Below, piece by piece: positions 1 to 13,519 of a DNA stretch of 63,977 nucleotides. The notes beneath the pieces were generated by a model that saw nothing but the letters and a program-made list of their open reading frames with translations, made no database searches and was not told the origin of the DNA. Source of the stretch: Octopus bimaculoides (taxonomy: Eukaryota); assembly GCF_001194135.2 (NCBI RefSeq), contig NC_068990.1, positions 67,608,032 to 67,672,008 of the forward strand, given 5' to 3'. Every line of letters begins with the position of its first letter. The first letter of the stretch is position 1. Made by a program: the position numbers and the translations under genes.

Positions 1-31
<31 letters not shown>

Positions 32-927
32 CATGAATATTCATCTTAGGTCCTGGTAGGATATAAAGGTAGGGTATTTCCAGAGAAGCACTCAACCCAA
101 GTTCTGGGCTATCAACACTGTCAGATTCTTCAAGTGTAGAAAATCCTGGTTTCACAAGTCACACTGTTGTGTGGATGTGGTGCAGAGTAAATTATAATTC
201 AGATGATAAGAAGACAAAAAAATCCTTAATGTTAATGATTTTGTTTGAATTTATGCAAAAATTCGAAGTGAAAATTGACATAATGCTTGTGGTTTCAGAC
301 ATCAGAGTGGCACTTATCAGACTTGCATCAATGGTGCATCCCTGTCTTATTACCATTTGGAGTGTACACACACTCAAACACACACACACATGTGCACATG
401 CACGCACACACATGACAAGGGATTACATAATTATGTATTAAATATAATCAGGTCTTGTGCAAAAATTAATGCAATATATGACAACACTAAATACATTGTT
501 TTTGTTTTGTATACCATCGTTTCACAGGTTTGATGTTGGATACAATGAAATATAGAAGACAATAAAATAAATCAAAGCATAATACATGTAAAACAAAAAT
601 ATGTAGAACATAATAAAGAGAAGCAAGCTGTTTATTAATTGGACAAAATAATAAAATAATCAAATCTGGAAATGAAAACAATTTGACATAGAAAAGCTAT
701 AAGAAAAAATTTAATATGGAAAGCCAAACAAAATGCACTATATTTTGTGAACTACTAAAAGTGAATTTTCATATATATACATATACATATATAAATGTTA
801 GATCAATTTTATATTCTGGAAACTGTCACTCAGAGTTTCATATCATTCTTAAATCATTGACCATTTGTATGTTTGCAGATCACTAGCTGGACATGAAACC
901 CAACACAAGACAGCTTCTTTTTAATAT

Positions 928-953
928 TTATCTGTTTGTTGTATCAGTAATTA
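928..953 (-). CDS. Candidate terminal coding exon of the Sushi gene (adds LITDTTNR-stop)
   Basis: Pyrimidine-rich acceptor ttttgctttttctctgtattcAG| (AG at 955-954), 173 nt past the Sushi donor. The phase-1 join gives c|ta att act gat aca aca aac aga TAA. AT-rich UTR-like sequence follows, with AATAAA on the minus strand near 630. Confidence 0.4.
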
Positions 954-1126
954 CTGAATACAGAGAAAAAGCAAAATTTTACACATGGAATTAACATTTT
1001 TAGTGATCAAAACATTACATTATGTATATGTATATATGAGTACATGCATATTATATATATATATATATATATATGCATGTATTATCATTGCAAGAAACTG
1101 TGTTGTTCAGAAAACTTGTTACTTAC

Positions 1127-1321
1127 GAGTACATGTCATATTAGGACCAACCCACACATCACCTCCGACACACCATGCTCGGAGCACACTTTCCTTTCTA
1201 GCCGTGAAACCTTCGTTACATCGATACTCAAGCATGTGACCAACAGAGTATTTCTTCTGGGTCTCAGGCCCATCATGTACAGCATTATGCACTTTCGGAG
1301 GATCTTGACACTCGTTCTTTT
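1127..1321 (-). CDS. Internal coding exon encoding one Sushi/CCP (SCR) domain; resembles CCP2 of LEV-9/Hasp-like proteins
   Basis: Manual translation: KNECQDPPKVHNAVHDGPETQKKYSVGHMLEYRCNEGFTARKESVLRAWCVGGDVWVGPNMTCT, with C-x2-PP...Y-x-C-x2-GF...C...W-x-GP-x3-C. Acceptor atattgcAG| (AG at 1323-1322), donor C|GTAAGT (GT at 1126-1125). 195 nt, symmetric phase 1-1 as is typical of CCP exons. The family assignment comes from remembered motif similarity only. Confidence 0.9.
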
Positions 1322-1619
1322 CTGCAATATTGTATATAAGTTCAACTTTTATAGTAAAATATCATTGGTCTCTTTGACTTTCTTTTTAATTATTCTGAGT
1401 TTAACTGTCACCAACAAACATCATGATACCCTCCGATTTCAGAGGTCAGGAAAGAAAAGCAAATGTTTACTGTTTATTGTATTTTCCTTTTGCTATTTCT
1501 ATAACTGTATAGAGTTTCAAAATAGTTGTGGCATTAATTTTGCTGTAAGCTAAACATAAGTTGATTGCTATTTAAGTGTTCTATCTATCTGCCTGCCTAT
1601 CAGTATATGTACATAGAGT

Positions 1620-1662
<43 letters not shown>

Positions 1663-1963
1663 ATATATATATACACATCTCTCTCTGTGTCTATCTATCT
1701 GTCTACCTATCCATCTATCTATCTATCTATATATATANNNNNNNNNNNNNNNNNNNNNNNNNNNNNNNNNNNNNNNNNNNNNNNNNNNNNNNNNNNNNNN
1801 NNNNNNNNNNNNNNNNNNNNNNNNNNNNNNNNNNNNNNNNNNNNNNNNNNNNNNNNNNNNNNNNNNNNNNNNNNNNNNNNNNNNNNNNNNNNNNNNNNNN
1901 NNNNNNNNNNNNNNNNNNNNNNNNNNNNNNNNNNNNNNNNNNNNNNNNNNNNNNNNNNNNNNN

Positions 1964-2018
<55 letters not shown>

Positions 2019-2568
2019 GCATGTACATATATACATATTGTGTATATATATGTGTATGTATTGTGTATTTGTGTACGGTGGATTCATACATATGTAACAA
2101 CAAATATTTCTTAGGGAATTAGAAAGAACAGAGAAATGGTTCAAACACCAATCTCTTGATATAATCAAATCACCAAATACTTTGGGATTTTAACATCTAG
2201 CCTTGTGCCATTATCGCAAAGGAACATCAGGATAGATAATAAATATTTGATACTGCAATAGCTGAATTTACTAGAACTGTGATCAAAGAACAGGATGTGT
2301 TATACATCAAGATCTTAAGTAACATGGTGCAAATATCTAGTGAGACTGAATATACATAGAGATACATATGGTTTCTAGTAACCAGGAGAAACGTCTAGCT
2401 TAAATATTATTCAGAATTAGAAGCGAATGGCCCCATAAAAGTATTCCATTGGGAATAGCTAGAATGTAAAGACTTTTATTTATCTATTGCGAGCTGCAAT
2501 TTCTTCTAATAACAGCACACTCAAACAAAAGATCTTAACAACGCTAAGACTAAGAAATGATAGTAATA

Positions 2569-2619
2569 ATAGTAATAATACTAATAATAGTAATAATAGC
2601 TAATAATAATAACAATAAC

Positions 2620-2676
<57 letters not shown>

Positions 2677-2896
2677 CCTTTCTACTAAAGGCACAAGGCC
2701 TGAAATTTATGTGGGGAGGATAGTTGATTATACTGATCCTAGTACTTAATTGGTACTTAATTTATCAACCCTGAAAGGATGAAATGTAAAATTGACCTTG
2801 GCAGAATTTGAACTCAGATTGCAAAGATGGACGAAATGCTGCTAAGCATTTTGTCCAGCATGCTATCAATTCTGCCAGCACACTGCTCCAATAATG

Positions 2897-2937
<41 letters not shown>

Positions 2938-3365
2938 CTTTTCTATTGTAACCAAAGGGATGAAATTCTGGAGGAAGGGATTTGTTGATTAGATGAACCC
3001 TAGTGCTCACCTGCCACTTTTCTCATTAACCCTGAAAGGATGAAGGGGAAAGTCGACCTTGGTATAATTTGAACTCTGACAAACAAAACACCACTAAATA
3101 TTTTGCCTGAAACGCTAACGATTCTGTTAGCTCACCACCTTAATAATGATAATAATGATATTGATTTCTGATTTAGGTGCAGCACCATCAGTTTATAAGG
3201 TGGGAGGTGGAGTGTCAATTACATTTACCCCAGTGATTGACTGATACTTTATTTTATTGACCTGGAAAGGATGAAAGGTAAAGTTGATCTCGGTGGGATT
3301 TGAAGTCAAAATATAAAGAGCTGGAAGAAATTCCACTAAGCATCTATAGAGATTCTGCCACTTGT
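2569..3365 (-). mobile_element. Train of 3 tRNA-derived SINE family A copies (about 2676-2889, 2937-3141, 3165-3365) separated by (AAT)n
   Basis: Sense strand has A-box TGGCAGAAT, B-box GAGTTCAAATTC, body tttgcctttcatcctttc-ggggtcgataaa-taagtaccag, and tail ggccttgtgcc...tagaaagg(ATT)n. Confidence 0.85.
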
Positions 3366-5636
3366 GAATAGTAATTATAAAAAATTTCATTATGTTTCTG
3401 CTGCACATTTTATAATCTTCCAAGTAGTGGAATGTTAAGGGATATGATGGAATTAGAATTAATGACTTCCCAAATTTATATAAAACAAGTTTTAAGTTTA
3501 AGTTTAACTCTTCACCATCATCCTACTAGAAGAAAATGCTTGATTAGAAGCATTATAATGTTTAGATATCTGACTTTCAATGCAGATTATTAATTCCCAT
3601 AACTGGCTTGCTTATTTATTCTATTGACAGTACAATAGAATAAATATTAGCAATATATTTTGATTTGAGTCATGCCTCTGTCTCATACCACACCACTTCT
3701 CACTATCTATAAAAAATATCTCAATAATAAATCCATGTTATTGTTCCTTACATGTAAGAATACTGAACCTTTTAAGAGAAGGTAAAGAAAAGTTGTAGCA
3801 ATCATGCCTTTGCTTAAAAGCCTTTTGTGAATGATGCGAAATTGTTTAAAATAGAAATTGCAAATACATTACTGATTTAATTTTCTGAGAACATACCACA
3901 CACTGCATTAAGTGTAACAACAATATAATAATTGCTTCAATTGTTATAAAACAGTTATGTTTATCTAAAATTTGTTTAGGATGTACTGGGCGTCTGTCTG
4001 CTGAGGTGTTTGTACTTGTCTCACTATGTATATATGTATCCTATGTTTGCCTGTATGTATTGTGTTAAATGCAATGTAATTAGCATAAATCTATGCTGTT
4101 TATAATTCTGTAATGTAAGGTTGAACATATGGATATAAGTGCACTCACTTTATTGTATAACAAATTCATGCATTTACACATCTATGCATGTCTGTATGAA
4201 TGTGTGCATGTATGTCTGTGTGTGTGTGTGTGTGTGTGTGTGACTGTGTTTGCATTTTCATCTGATAATCCCACATTATTACCTTTGTGTTTGTGTGCCT
4301 GTCAGCAGGCTTTTAACAAATTTATGGAATATTTTATTTTACAGATTTATGTAGATATTTTACTGTATGATAAGTGGTGTGCGCATTTCTATATCTGTAT
4401 AATTGTGTGCACATGCACTTTCATGTGTGTGTGTGCGTGTGTGTGTGTGTGTGTTTCAGTATGAATGTCTGTGTAAGTGTGTGTGAGCGCGTGTGTGTAT
4501 TACTTGCTGTGATATGTTGTGTGTATATAATTGTAAAATTATCTATTTCTAAGATAAGGTGTGAGCTTTAAAGAGTTTGAGAGTCTATTATATGAATGTT
4601 AATGAGTTTGTGTATTAGTGTGCTTGCGTGTATGCGTGTGCATATGAGTGTTTTTGTGTAAGTGTTAATGCTAAAGGGGGTTTAAATGCTTACTGAGATG
4701 TGTTGAAGTGAGTTTTAATAGGTGTACAATATGTATGCATGTGATAATTCATTTTATGCCTGTGTTTCCCATCGTTGTACAATCGTGTATGNNNNNNNNN
4801 NNNNNNNNNNNNNNNNNNNNNNNNNNNNNNNNNNNNNNNNNNNNNNNNNNNNNNNNNNNNNNNNNNNNNNNNNNNNNNNNNNNNNNNNNNNNNNNNNNNN
4901 NNNNNNNNNNNNNNNNNNNNNNNNNNNNNNNNNNNNNNNNNNNNNNNNNNNNNNNNNNNNNNNNNNNNNNNNNNNNNNNNNNNNNNNNNNNNNNNNNNNN
5001 NNNNNNNNNNNNNNNNNNNNNNNNNNNNNNNNNNNNNNNNNNNNNNNNNNNNNNNNNNNNNNNNNNNNNNNNNNNNNNNNNNNNNNNNNNNNNNNNNNNN
5101 NNNNNNNNNNNNNNNNNNNNNNNNNNNNNNNNNNNNNNNNNNNNNNNNNNNNNNNNNNNNNNNNNNNNNNNNNNNNNNNNNNNNNNNNNNNNNNNNNNNN
5201 NNNNNNNNNNNNNNNNNNNNNNNNNNNNNNNNNNNNNNNNNNNNNNNNNNNNNNNNNNNNNNNNNNNNNNNNNNNNNNNNNNNNNNNNNNNNNNNNNNNN
5301 NNNNNNNNNNNNNNNNNNNNNNNNNNNNNNNNNNNNNNNNNNNNNNNNNNNNNNNNNNNNNNNNNNNNNNNNNNNNNNNNNNNNNNNNNNNNNNNNNNNN
5401 NNNNNNNNNNNNNNNNNNNNNNNNNNNNNNNNNNNNNNNNNNNNNNNNNNNNNNNNNNNNNNNNNNNNNNNNNNNNNNNNNNNNNNNNNNNNNNNNNNNN
5501 NNNNNNNNNNNNNNNNNNNNNNNNNNNNNNNNNNNNNNNNNNNNNNNNNNNNNNNNNNNNNNNNNNNNNNNNNNNNNNNNNNNNNNNNNNNNNNNNNNNN
5601 NNNNNNNNNNNNNNNNNNNNNNNNNNNNNNNNNNNN

Positions 5637-5675
<39 letters not shown>

Positions 5676-5823
5676 TATATAGAACAGATATACAAACTTC
5701 ATTGTACCAATTCTATTTTGACAGCTTAAAATATTAATAATGATAATCAGATTCTTTTTATCTCTCAATCCAACCCTCCTATGTTTCCTTCATATGGTCT
5801 ACTTTAAGCTGCTATTCTGCAGG

Positions 5824-5861
<38 letters not shown>

Positions 5862-6599
5862 TCGTGTGTATAGGTGAGGAGGTATTATTTAGAGTTTATA
5901 ATTACAGAAAATTACGATGTAGAAATACAATTTAAAAAAAAAAGATCCCAAAATTAATTTTAAAAAAACAAACACTATAGAAATATATTAACTGTTAAAT
6001 CTTTGGGTGTTTTCTTCTGTTTTGATTTCTTTTTCTTGTAGCTTATGATAAAATTTCCAATTTTGATTCTAATCACTACTACTACCACCACAACCACCAC
6101 CACCACCACTATTACTTGTAGTAATTGTAGCAGTAGTATAACTACTGTTGTTGTTGTTGACCATTATTAACCTTCATATAAATATTCTTGGTTATAATTC
6201 ATTTTCCACCAGAAACATCTGCCATATCTAGAGAAGTGATGCTATCACAATTTGAGGTTCTTCAGATGTTTTAGTTAAGGAATTATGTGTCAGTTCTATA
6301 TATTCTAATGCTGAAACTCCAGAATAAATGTTGAACTTGAAACCAATGGAAGCTATACTTTCTAGTCCTAAAACCCTCAATAAATATAAAGCTTTTGCTG
6401 ATCCAATTGTATGTTGACAGAAAGCTAGAGAAGATCTTTTTTCAAGAGTTCATATGGTGGGATCAAACTTGGGACCTTGTGCTTGTAATGCAAAGTTCAT
6501 AACTGTTTGGCCAAGCTGCTCCTTGAACATACGTATATATATATGTATGTATATATATAATTATTATTTTTATTCATATTCTTTCTATTTGTCTTTCTT

Positions 6600-7760
6600 C
6601 TCCTGAGTCATCTATGTCACATCTGAACCTTTTCCCACTGCTGAAAGATGCAACATTTTTCTGAACACACATTCTGTTCCAAGTATTGCTGCCAACCGTG
6701 GACTTCCTATAAAGTTTGGTATTTTCAGCTTTGCATGAGAGTATATTGTCTTTTTTTTTTCAGATGGCCTCAAGCACACTGATCGCAATAGGCAACACGC
6801 TCACTTTTGAGTCTCTATGAATGCGTTTCACTTCTGATGCTAAGGTTTTGGTACTTCTTGACTTTCTAATTCCCTATCTTCACAATAGACTGGTTTGCAG
6901 GTATAGCTACATCAATGAAGGTTCATTCTTTGGATTCCTTCCATAACAGAGTGATATCAGTTACATTGCAGCTTTTCATCTGTGTAGATTGGTATATATC
7001 ATGTGAATTTCACCTGATCATTCTCTGCTACTGGCAAAGGCTGGTTCTCATACCACTTATTGGAACATTCTAGCCTATACCTTTTGCACAACTCCCAGTA
7101 TATTTGCACAGCTACTTTGTTATGGCCTTTTTTTAGTACTCCTTTCGGCTCAGTTTTGAGCATCCACTAATCATGTCTAACCATCTCAGATCATTTTTCA
7201 CATAATCTACACAAAAGTGATACTGCTGTTTTACCAATGCCACACTTGATTACATTGCTTCATAAAGCTTGTTCCTGAGCAGCAACAATCAATTCTTCTG
7301 TCTCCTTTAAAACTCCATGTTTTCACTGTCTCCAGGATAAGCCAACTTCATCCAGTATTTGCTGGAAAAACTCTCCAAGTAGGACTTTCTCTTTGCAGTC
7401 GATGATCTTTTTTCTATTAGTCCTCATTTTCTATGCCTTGAGGGTCTGACTATTGTCACGGATCAACTCCTCACTCAGTAAAGCCTATAACATTCTTTCA
7501 TCACTGCCTCACAGATAGGCATGCAAAGTCTTGATCTCCTTCATAACACTATCCTTTATTCCAACCAATCCTCTTCCACTGTCCTTCCTAAGTAAATAAA
7601 GCCTCACTACATTACTTCTAGTACAAAGGCACCCAAGCATAATCATTATCATCCCAGTTTTTCTGTTCATACTGACCGGTTCCTACTTTGTCCATTCTAT
7701 AATTCCTATGTAGTAGAATAAAACAGTATGTTCACTTCTCTTATACACTCATCATCTGGA
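6600..7760 (-). mobile_element. Decayed R4/Dong-clade non-LTR retrotransposon (post-RT region, CCHC knuckle, RLE endonuclease)
   Basis: Frame-disrupted peptides: LRKDSGRGLVGIKD, KETEELIVAAQEQAL, LCRLC...H..SGCSKLSRKEY..HNKVAVQIYWELCK, KWYENQPLPVAENDQVK, PDITLLWKESKE*TFIDVAIP..KVKKYQNL, LAAILGT. Confidence 0.85.
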
Positions 7761-8119
7761 AGTTATATTTCACTGCTGTCTACTTTTCCTCCTCTCCTCA
7801 GTTCAATAAAAGTGCATTTATCTTGACCAAATGCCATTTGGATGTCATGTGAGAAAATTTGCACAGCTTGAATAAGGGAATGCAGTTGTTTAATTCACAA
7901 CTAAATATAAGAGCTTTCATTTTCTATTATCACTTTACTCTTAAGCAGAAGAGGTATAAAACTCAGAGTTGCAATTCGTGAAATTCCACCTTGAAATATT
8001 CTAATTGCATTGACAACTTTTAAATTGCTAACTGAAGATTATTTTCGTTGGCATCATCAACATTATTTTTATTATTATTATTATTATTATTGTTGTTGTT
8101 GTTATTGTTGTAGCAGCAA

Positions 8120-10145
8120 CATGAGAGCATTGCAAAAAATTCCATGCCGTATTTCTTTAGGCACTGTGTTCAAATCCACTTTAGGTCAAATTTTCCTTTC
8201 ATCCCTCTGGAGTTGGTAAAATAAAGTATTAACTAAGTACTGAGGTCAATTTAATAGACTAACCCCTCCCTTCAAAGCTGCTATGTAAGTATAAATATAA
8301 TCATTATTATAATTTTTGTTGCTGTTGTTGTTGGAGTTGCTGAAAATGGTAAAATAACTGAAGCATTAGAAGGTAAAACCTAAATGCTAAACTACTTAAT
8401 TTTGTCAGAAAAATTGCAATCCTGGATGCATTTTCAGCCATATTACTTAAAGTCCCTTAATGTCAGCTTTTTAACCTTCAGGACTCATTAAGTTTTTTGA
8501 TACCTGCCCATCTGAGAATTCACTTAGTTCTTTGATACAAACTTTCTCTTTTAAAAATGATTTAAATTAAAGCCTTCCATCAAAATTTCATGTTAAATGA
8601 TGTTCAAAACACCAGCTTAATTAGGACAAGGTTATTTTAATAAATTATTCAGGACTTACAAAACTAATTGAAACAAAAAGCAATGTATTTCAACAAGAAT
8701 GTTGTAACAATAAGTTTACAATAATACCAGTCATATTTTGAGGTCAATTTAATCTTCCATTTAAAGGTGCTTTTATTGTTAATATTATTGAGATGGCAGA
8801 ATTGTAGCATTTTATCTGTCCTTATGTTCTGAGTTCAAATTCCAGTGAGGTCAACTTTGCTTTCGTCCTTTTGGGATAGATAAAATAAGTACCAGTTGAG
8901 CACTGGGGTCAACACAATCAGATTACTCCCTTCCTTGAAATTGCTGGCCCTGTGCCAAAATTTCAAACCATTATTATTATTATTATTATTATTGTTGTTG
9001 TTGTTGCTGCTGTAAGAAAATCTGACAAAATACCATAAGATATTTTCTTTGGATTGTTTTGAGTTGAATTCCACAAGACGTTAGCTGACATTGCCTTTCA
9101 AGTACAGGAGTCAATGGTCAGAACTAACTTTCACCTCTCAAAACAGCTGCCTTTATATAAATCAGAAATAACTGTTATAGGTCACAAGATTGGTAGGATG
9201 TTGGACAAAATGTTTGTTCCAAAAACTGAGTTCAAATCCTACCACAGATAATTTTGCCTTTCATCTTTCGGGGGTTTTAAAAAATAAAGTACCTAACAAG
9301 TACTGAGGCTAATGTAGTCAACTAACTCCTTTTCTCTAGAACTAATGGCCTTGTGCCAAAATTTGAGGCAATTACTATTATTATTATTATTATTATTATT
9401 GAGTGAGAGAGAAGTGCATGCCACCAAAGTGACACTGGGGTACAATTATACGAAGCCCAATATACCCATCATGACTACCCATCTAATAAGGGTACACCAG
9501 GTACATGCATCACAATCACATGTGTGCGACATGGTGATCTTATAGCAAGATAAACACCTCATGGCCTTGCAGGTGGGGCCCAGTTAGAATTTTCTTCAGG
9601 TTGAGTAGCCCATCCCGCTCAAAAATTCCCTGGATAAGGTTTGTTTAAGGATGATGAATGAAACACCCATGTTTCCATGGGTGAATTATTCAAACTCCAA
9701 AGAATTCCTCTCGACACATGGCTATGAAGCTCCCCCACTACTTCTGCTCATGATCAGAGATGCACATATCGTCAGCCATCAAGGAACATGCTCAACTGGT
9801 TAAGGTCAAGCAACTGACAAGCAAATCTGTGGTACTGAGCAATATATTTGCTGTAGCCCTATCTTTTACACCTTCTTCTTCTTCTTACCACCACCACCAC
9901 CACCATTATTATTATTATTATTATTATAAGGTGGTGAGCTGGCAGAATTGTTAACATGTCAGACAAAATGCTTACCAGCATTTCATTCATGTTTACATTC
10001 TGAGTTCAAATTCCACCAAGATTAACTTTGCACTTCATCCTTGTGGGCTTCATAAAATAAGTATCTGTTAAGTACTGGGGCTGTGTATCTGATTTTCCCC
10101 TCCTCACAAAAAAATTGCTAGCCATGAACCAAACTTTGAAACCAT
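8120..10145 (+). mobile_element. Cluster of 4-5 plus-strand SINE A copies (about 8120-8290, 8790-8968, 9015-9150 partial, 9185-9370, 9929-10145)
   Basis: Each has the gagttcaaattcc B-box, the ttgcctttcatc core and a ggccttgtgccaaaatttgaaacc(ATT)n tail. Confidence 0.75.
9400..9890 (-). mobile_element. Family F dispersed repeat (~500 bp, (AAT)n tail, no Pol III head seen)
   Basis: Reverse complement aligns along its length with 40255-40772 (e.g. gtaccccagtgtcactttg, gagtagcccatc, atgggctacagcaaata). Confidence 0.8.
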
Positions 10146-10233
10146 TATTATTGCTATCATAATTATTATCATTATTATTATTATTATCATTATTATTATT
10201 ATCATCATTATTATCATTATCATCATCAACATC

Positions 10234-10284
<51 letters not shown>

Positions 10285-10932
10285 AACCTAAGCATTATTT
10301 AAAAAAGCAACATTATTATTATTTTCTTTATTATCATTGTTATCCTTTGTCGGGCATCGCTACAGAGAAATGAATGAATAATAATTCATATTATTATCAT
10401 TGTCAATATCATTTGGAAATAAACATTCACTTTTCTTTCTTTGCCTCTTTCTTTTTTCTCTTTTTTTTTTGTTACTTTTTTTCTTTTTCTCGTTGCTATT
10501 GTATTGAACGTTACTCAATCACAACGAATTTGCGTCAGATATTCTCAACTATTCAATTGACTCAGAAAATGCATTTTATTTCGAACAGGGTCTGACAAAA
10601 GAACAATGTTGAAAAGAGCAAGATAATTAGAGAGTATTACCAAAAAGAGTACCAGCCATTGTTTTTACACATGTATGTGGATTTATTTTTTTAAAAAATT
10701 TTTTAATCTTCTTTTTCTTTTTTCCATTATATCAGTTTACTTTCTCGAAATACACAAATGCAACAATCATTATATCACTATACTAAATGTATATTCAACA
10801 ACATTATGTACATATATGTGTGTGCNNNNNNNNNNNNNNNNNNNNNNNNNNNNNNNNNNNNNNNNNNNNNNNNNNNNNNNNNNNNNNNNNNNNNNNNNNN
10901 NNNNNNNNNNNNNNNNNNNNNNNNNNNNNNNN

Positions 10933-10967
<35 letters not shown>

Positions 10968-12169
10968 TCTATTACACACGCATAGAGATACTGAAATGAA
11001 ATATGATATAGAAACATGTAAACAACAGAAGGTGTATGTGTATGTGAACATACATACATAAATAAATACATACTCACACATTTGAAAAGGTTATAAAATA
11101 GGCACATATATATACTGTAGTAATATTTTATAAACATGTTTATGTCTATAGATATACAAGCTCACGCACACACATACATACATATATATATACATATACA
11201 CACATACATACATAAATCCACACACACACACACACACATATATGTATATACACAGACAAACACACATATAACTCAGAGAGGATGAATGAGAAAGAACATT
11301 TATACTGTAATATGTACAAGCACATTTACTTTCATGCATGGCCTAAGTTTACTCAGTATTAATAAGGCAACACAAGAGATATAATTACTGGTGGTTAATG
11401 ACAGTAACTTAACAAGCAATAAAAACAAATCTCTTTGTGTTAAGTACAGTTTTGTATTGGTAACCACAACAAAACTGGCAGCAATACTGCAAAGAGCTGT
11501 AATGACAGTAACTGTATAGTAACTGATAGTAATTTCGTAAATGATGAAGATCAGCAATTATGATATTCTACTGACACAGACCACCACTAGTTCCCTCTGA
11601 ATTTTTCTTTTTATTTGTTAATTACATAAAACCATGATTATGATCAGAGGGACAAGAGGAGCAGCAATAACAGCAGTAAAAAAATTAATAAATAAATAGA
11701 ATTGTTTGTGACCAAGTACAAAGATATTTTCATTGGAAATGCAGCATATAACACTTAAAGGAATAAAATAAATCTATTGCTACTCTTTATTTCATTAACC
11801 TCTTTAACGATGAAAAGGTAGGATGCTCCCACAACATAAAGGATGCGAACTCACAATGCTAAAATATCAAATTAACTGAAGTAAATGGTATTTTATTTGT
11901 CGATGGTCAATCTCAAACAGGACTCTCAAAACAATTCTTAATTTAGCAGAAAGTTTAAAACATGTTATGTATCGAGAAGTGAGAAGAAAAGCTTTGTTAG
12001 GTTCATACAATATGTTATTAATTCTTTGATAATATGGAGCATACCATGACTCCCCAATACATACCAGTATCTACTTTGAGTTATTTCACTGGGGTCATTT
12101 TTGTTTTAATATATGCAAATTTTTGAGGGCATTAATGTGCCCTGCTATTTGCGTATGTTTCTATATCCC

Positions 12170-12600
12170 TCAGCTATAACAGATAGGTTTGGAATTTCTC
12201 AAGGCCAAATTTCTGTGGCTAGAAACCCTCCCTATTGCCAAACATCAACTGTTGCCAAGTAAGGTAATATTTTCACATGGCCAGACATGTTTTTCACAGA
12301 AAACTGGAAACAACCTTGCTTGTATGACAATGATGCCTATTCACAACTGTCATGTGATGTCAAAACAAAGGAAAATACACCTAAAACACACATACACATG
12401 CACATCATATATACATACAAACAAAAAAACAAACAGACAAACATAGATACATGACAGGCTTATTTTTGGTTTTCGTCTATGAAATGCACTTACAAGGCTT
12501 TGGTCAACTGAGAACTATCTTTTGAAGACTACTACCCAGGGTGTTATGTAGTGGAACTGAACTTGAGACCATGATTAAGAAGCTGTGCATGTGTGCTTTT
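12170..12600 (-). mobile_element. SINE C2 (C-type tRNA head + (CA/TG)n + D'-type tail), degenerate
   Basis: Head motifs (acaaggctttggtc, gtggaactgaac) at 12490-12570. Tail motifs (caagtaaggtaatatttt, catggccagacatgtttt) at 12255-12300. Confidence 0.65.
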
Positions 12601-12699
12601 GTACATAAATATTCAGTGAATGAAATTTAACACTGTTTTGTACTTCTTCAAAGATCCCTACCTGGCAATATGCCCAGAGCCATAATATTTAAAGCTTTT

Positions 12700-13100
12700 C
12701 TTTTGGCATAGTCATCAGAATAAATAAGTCTAGCTCTGGTAACATCTCTATTTTCATCCGTCTTCAAATATAACCTAACATTCTTTCTCTCTCAACAGCG
12801 ACCATTTTAAAGCCATTGAGAATCTTTGCCAACATACAACTTTGAAGACTGCTGTAGAAACTGTCCTCCGTAAACTCACAAATGGATATCTGACAGATAT
12901 AATGTTGACATAAAACATACTTTGCATCTATTTTCAGGAATCAAACCGAAATTTGGTTCTGTCAAAACTTTATGGCTTGATCATAAGTGTTCTCTCGTTC
13001 TCACCACCATATACACTTGCATTATTAGGTAGGCATAGCCAAATCAGCTTTTGAATGAACTATGGCATGGATTGGACAGATGGAAAAGCTGTGCATTGTT
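12700..13100 (-). mobile_element. Possible highly decayed RTE-clade LINE fragment (C-terminal ORF region)
   Basis: Broken frames give YGGE (cf. YGCE/SETW) and GYI-R-MENRDVTRARLIYS...KRK (cf. GHVxRMxxxRxPKxLLY..GKR). Confidence 0.35.
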
Positions 13101-13482
13101 ATTCTAACTGTAGTCATCCTGTCTATATTTTAGATATGCTGTCCTAAGATTTAGCACTTCATACACATTGAAGCCATTTTGAAAGACACATGGGAGGTCA
13201 ATCTGTCTGTATTTGTGCAGGTTGAACATTTCTAAATTAATTTATCTTTATAGTGCTCTATGCTGTAACATGAAATTAGATGAAGAAAAGGAAATGACAT
13301 GTAGAGGAGTAGTTGATGACTTCTGTATCTTGATTGCTACCGATATACAGATGTTGAGGTGTATATTTACATAAGTTCATATTTATATTTATTTCAACAT
13401 CATTTAACAACTATATAACTATATTTTCATATTTACAAATGCACATAAAGACACAGAAATATATTTTTACAAAATATGTGCA

Positions 13483-13519
<37 letters not shown>

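Noticed and set aside
1044-1553. 169-aa plus-strand ORF
   Set aside because: It is the antisense shadow of the Sushi exon and starts in (TA)n.
4708-5768. Long ORFs spanning N gaps (also at 13.4, 16.6, 27.8, 29.1 and 36.1 kb)
   Set aside because: Open only because N translates to X; the flanks are YIYI or HTHT microsatellites.
11300-11557. Hydrophobic 85-aa minus-strand ORF, possible signal-peptide exon
   Set aside because: No convincing donor, no domain similarity; composition explained by AT-rich DNA.
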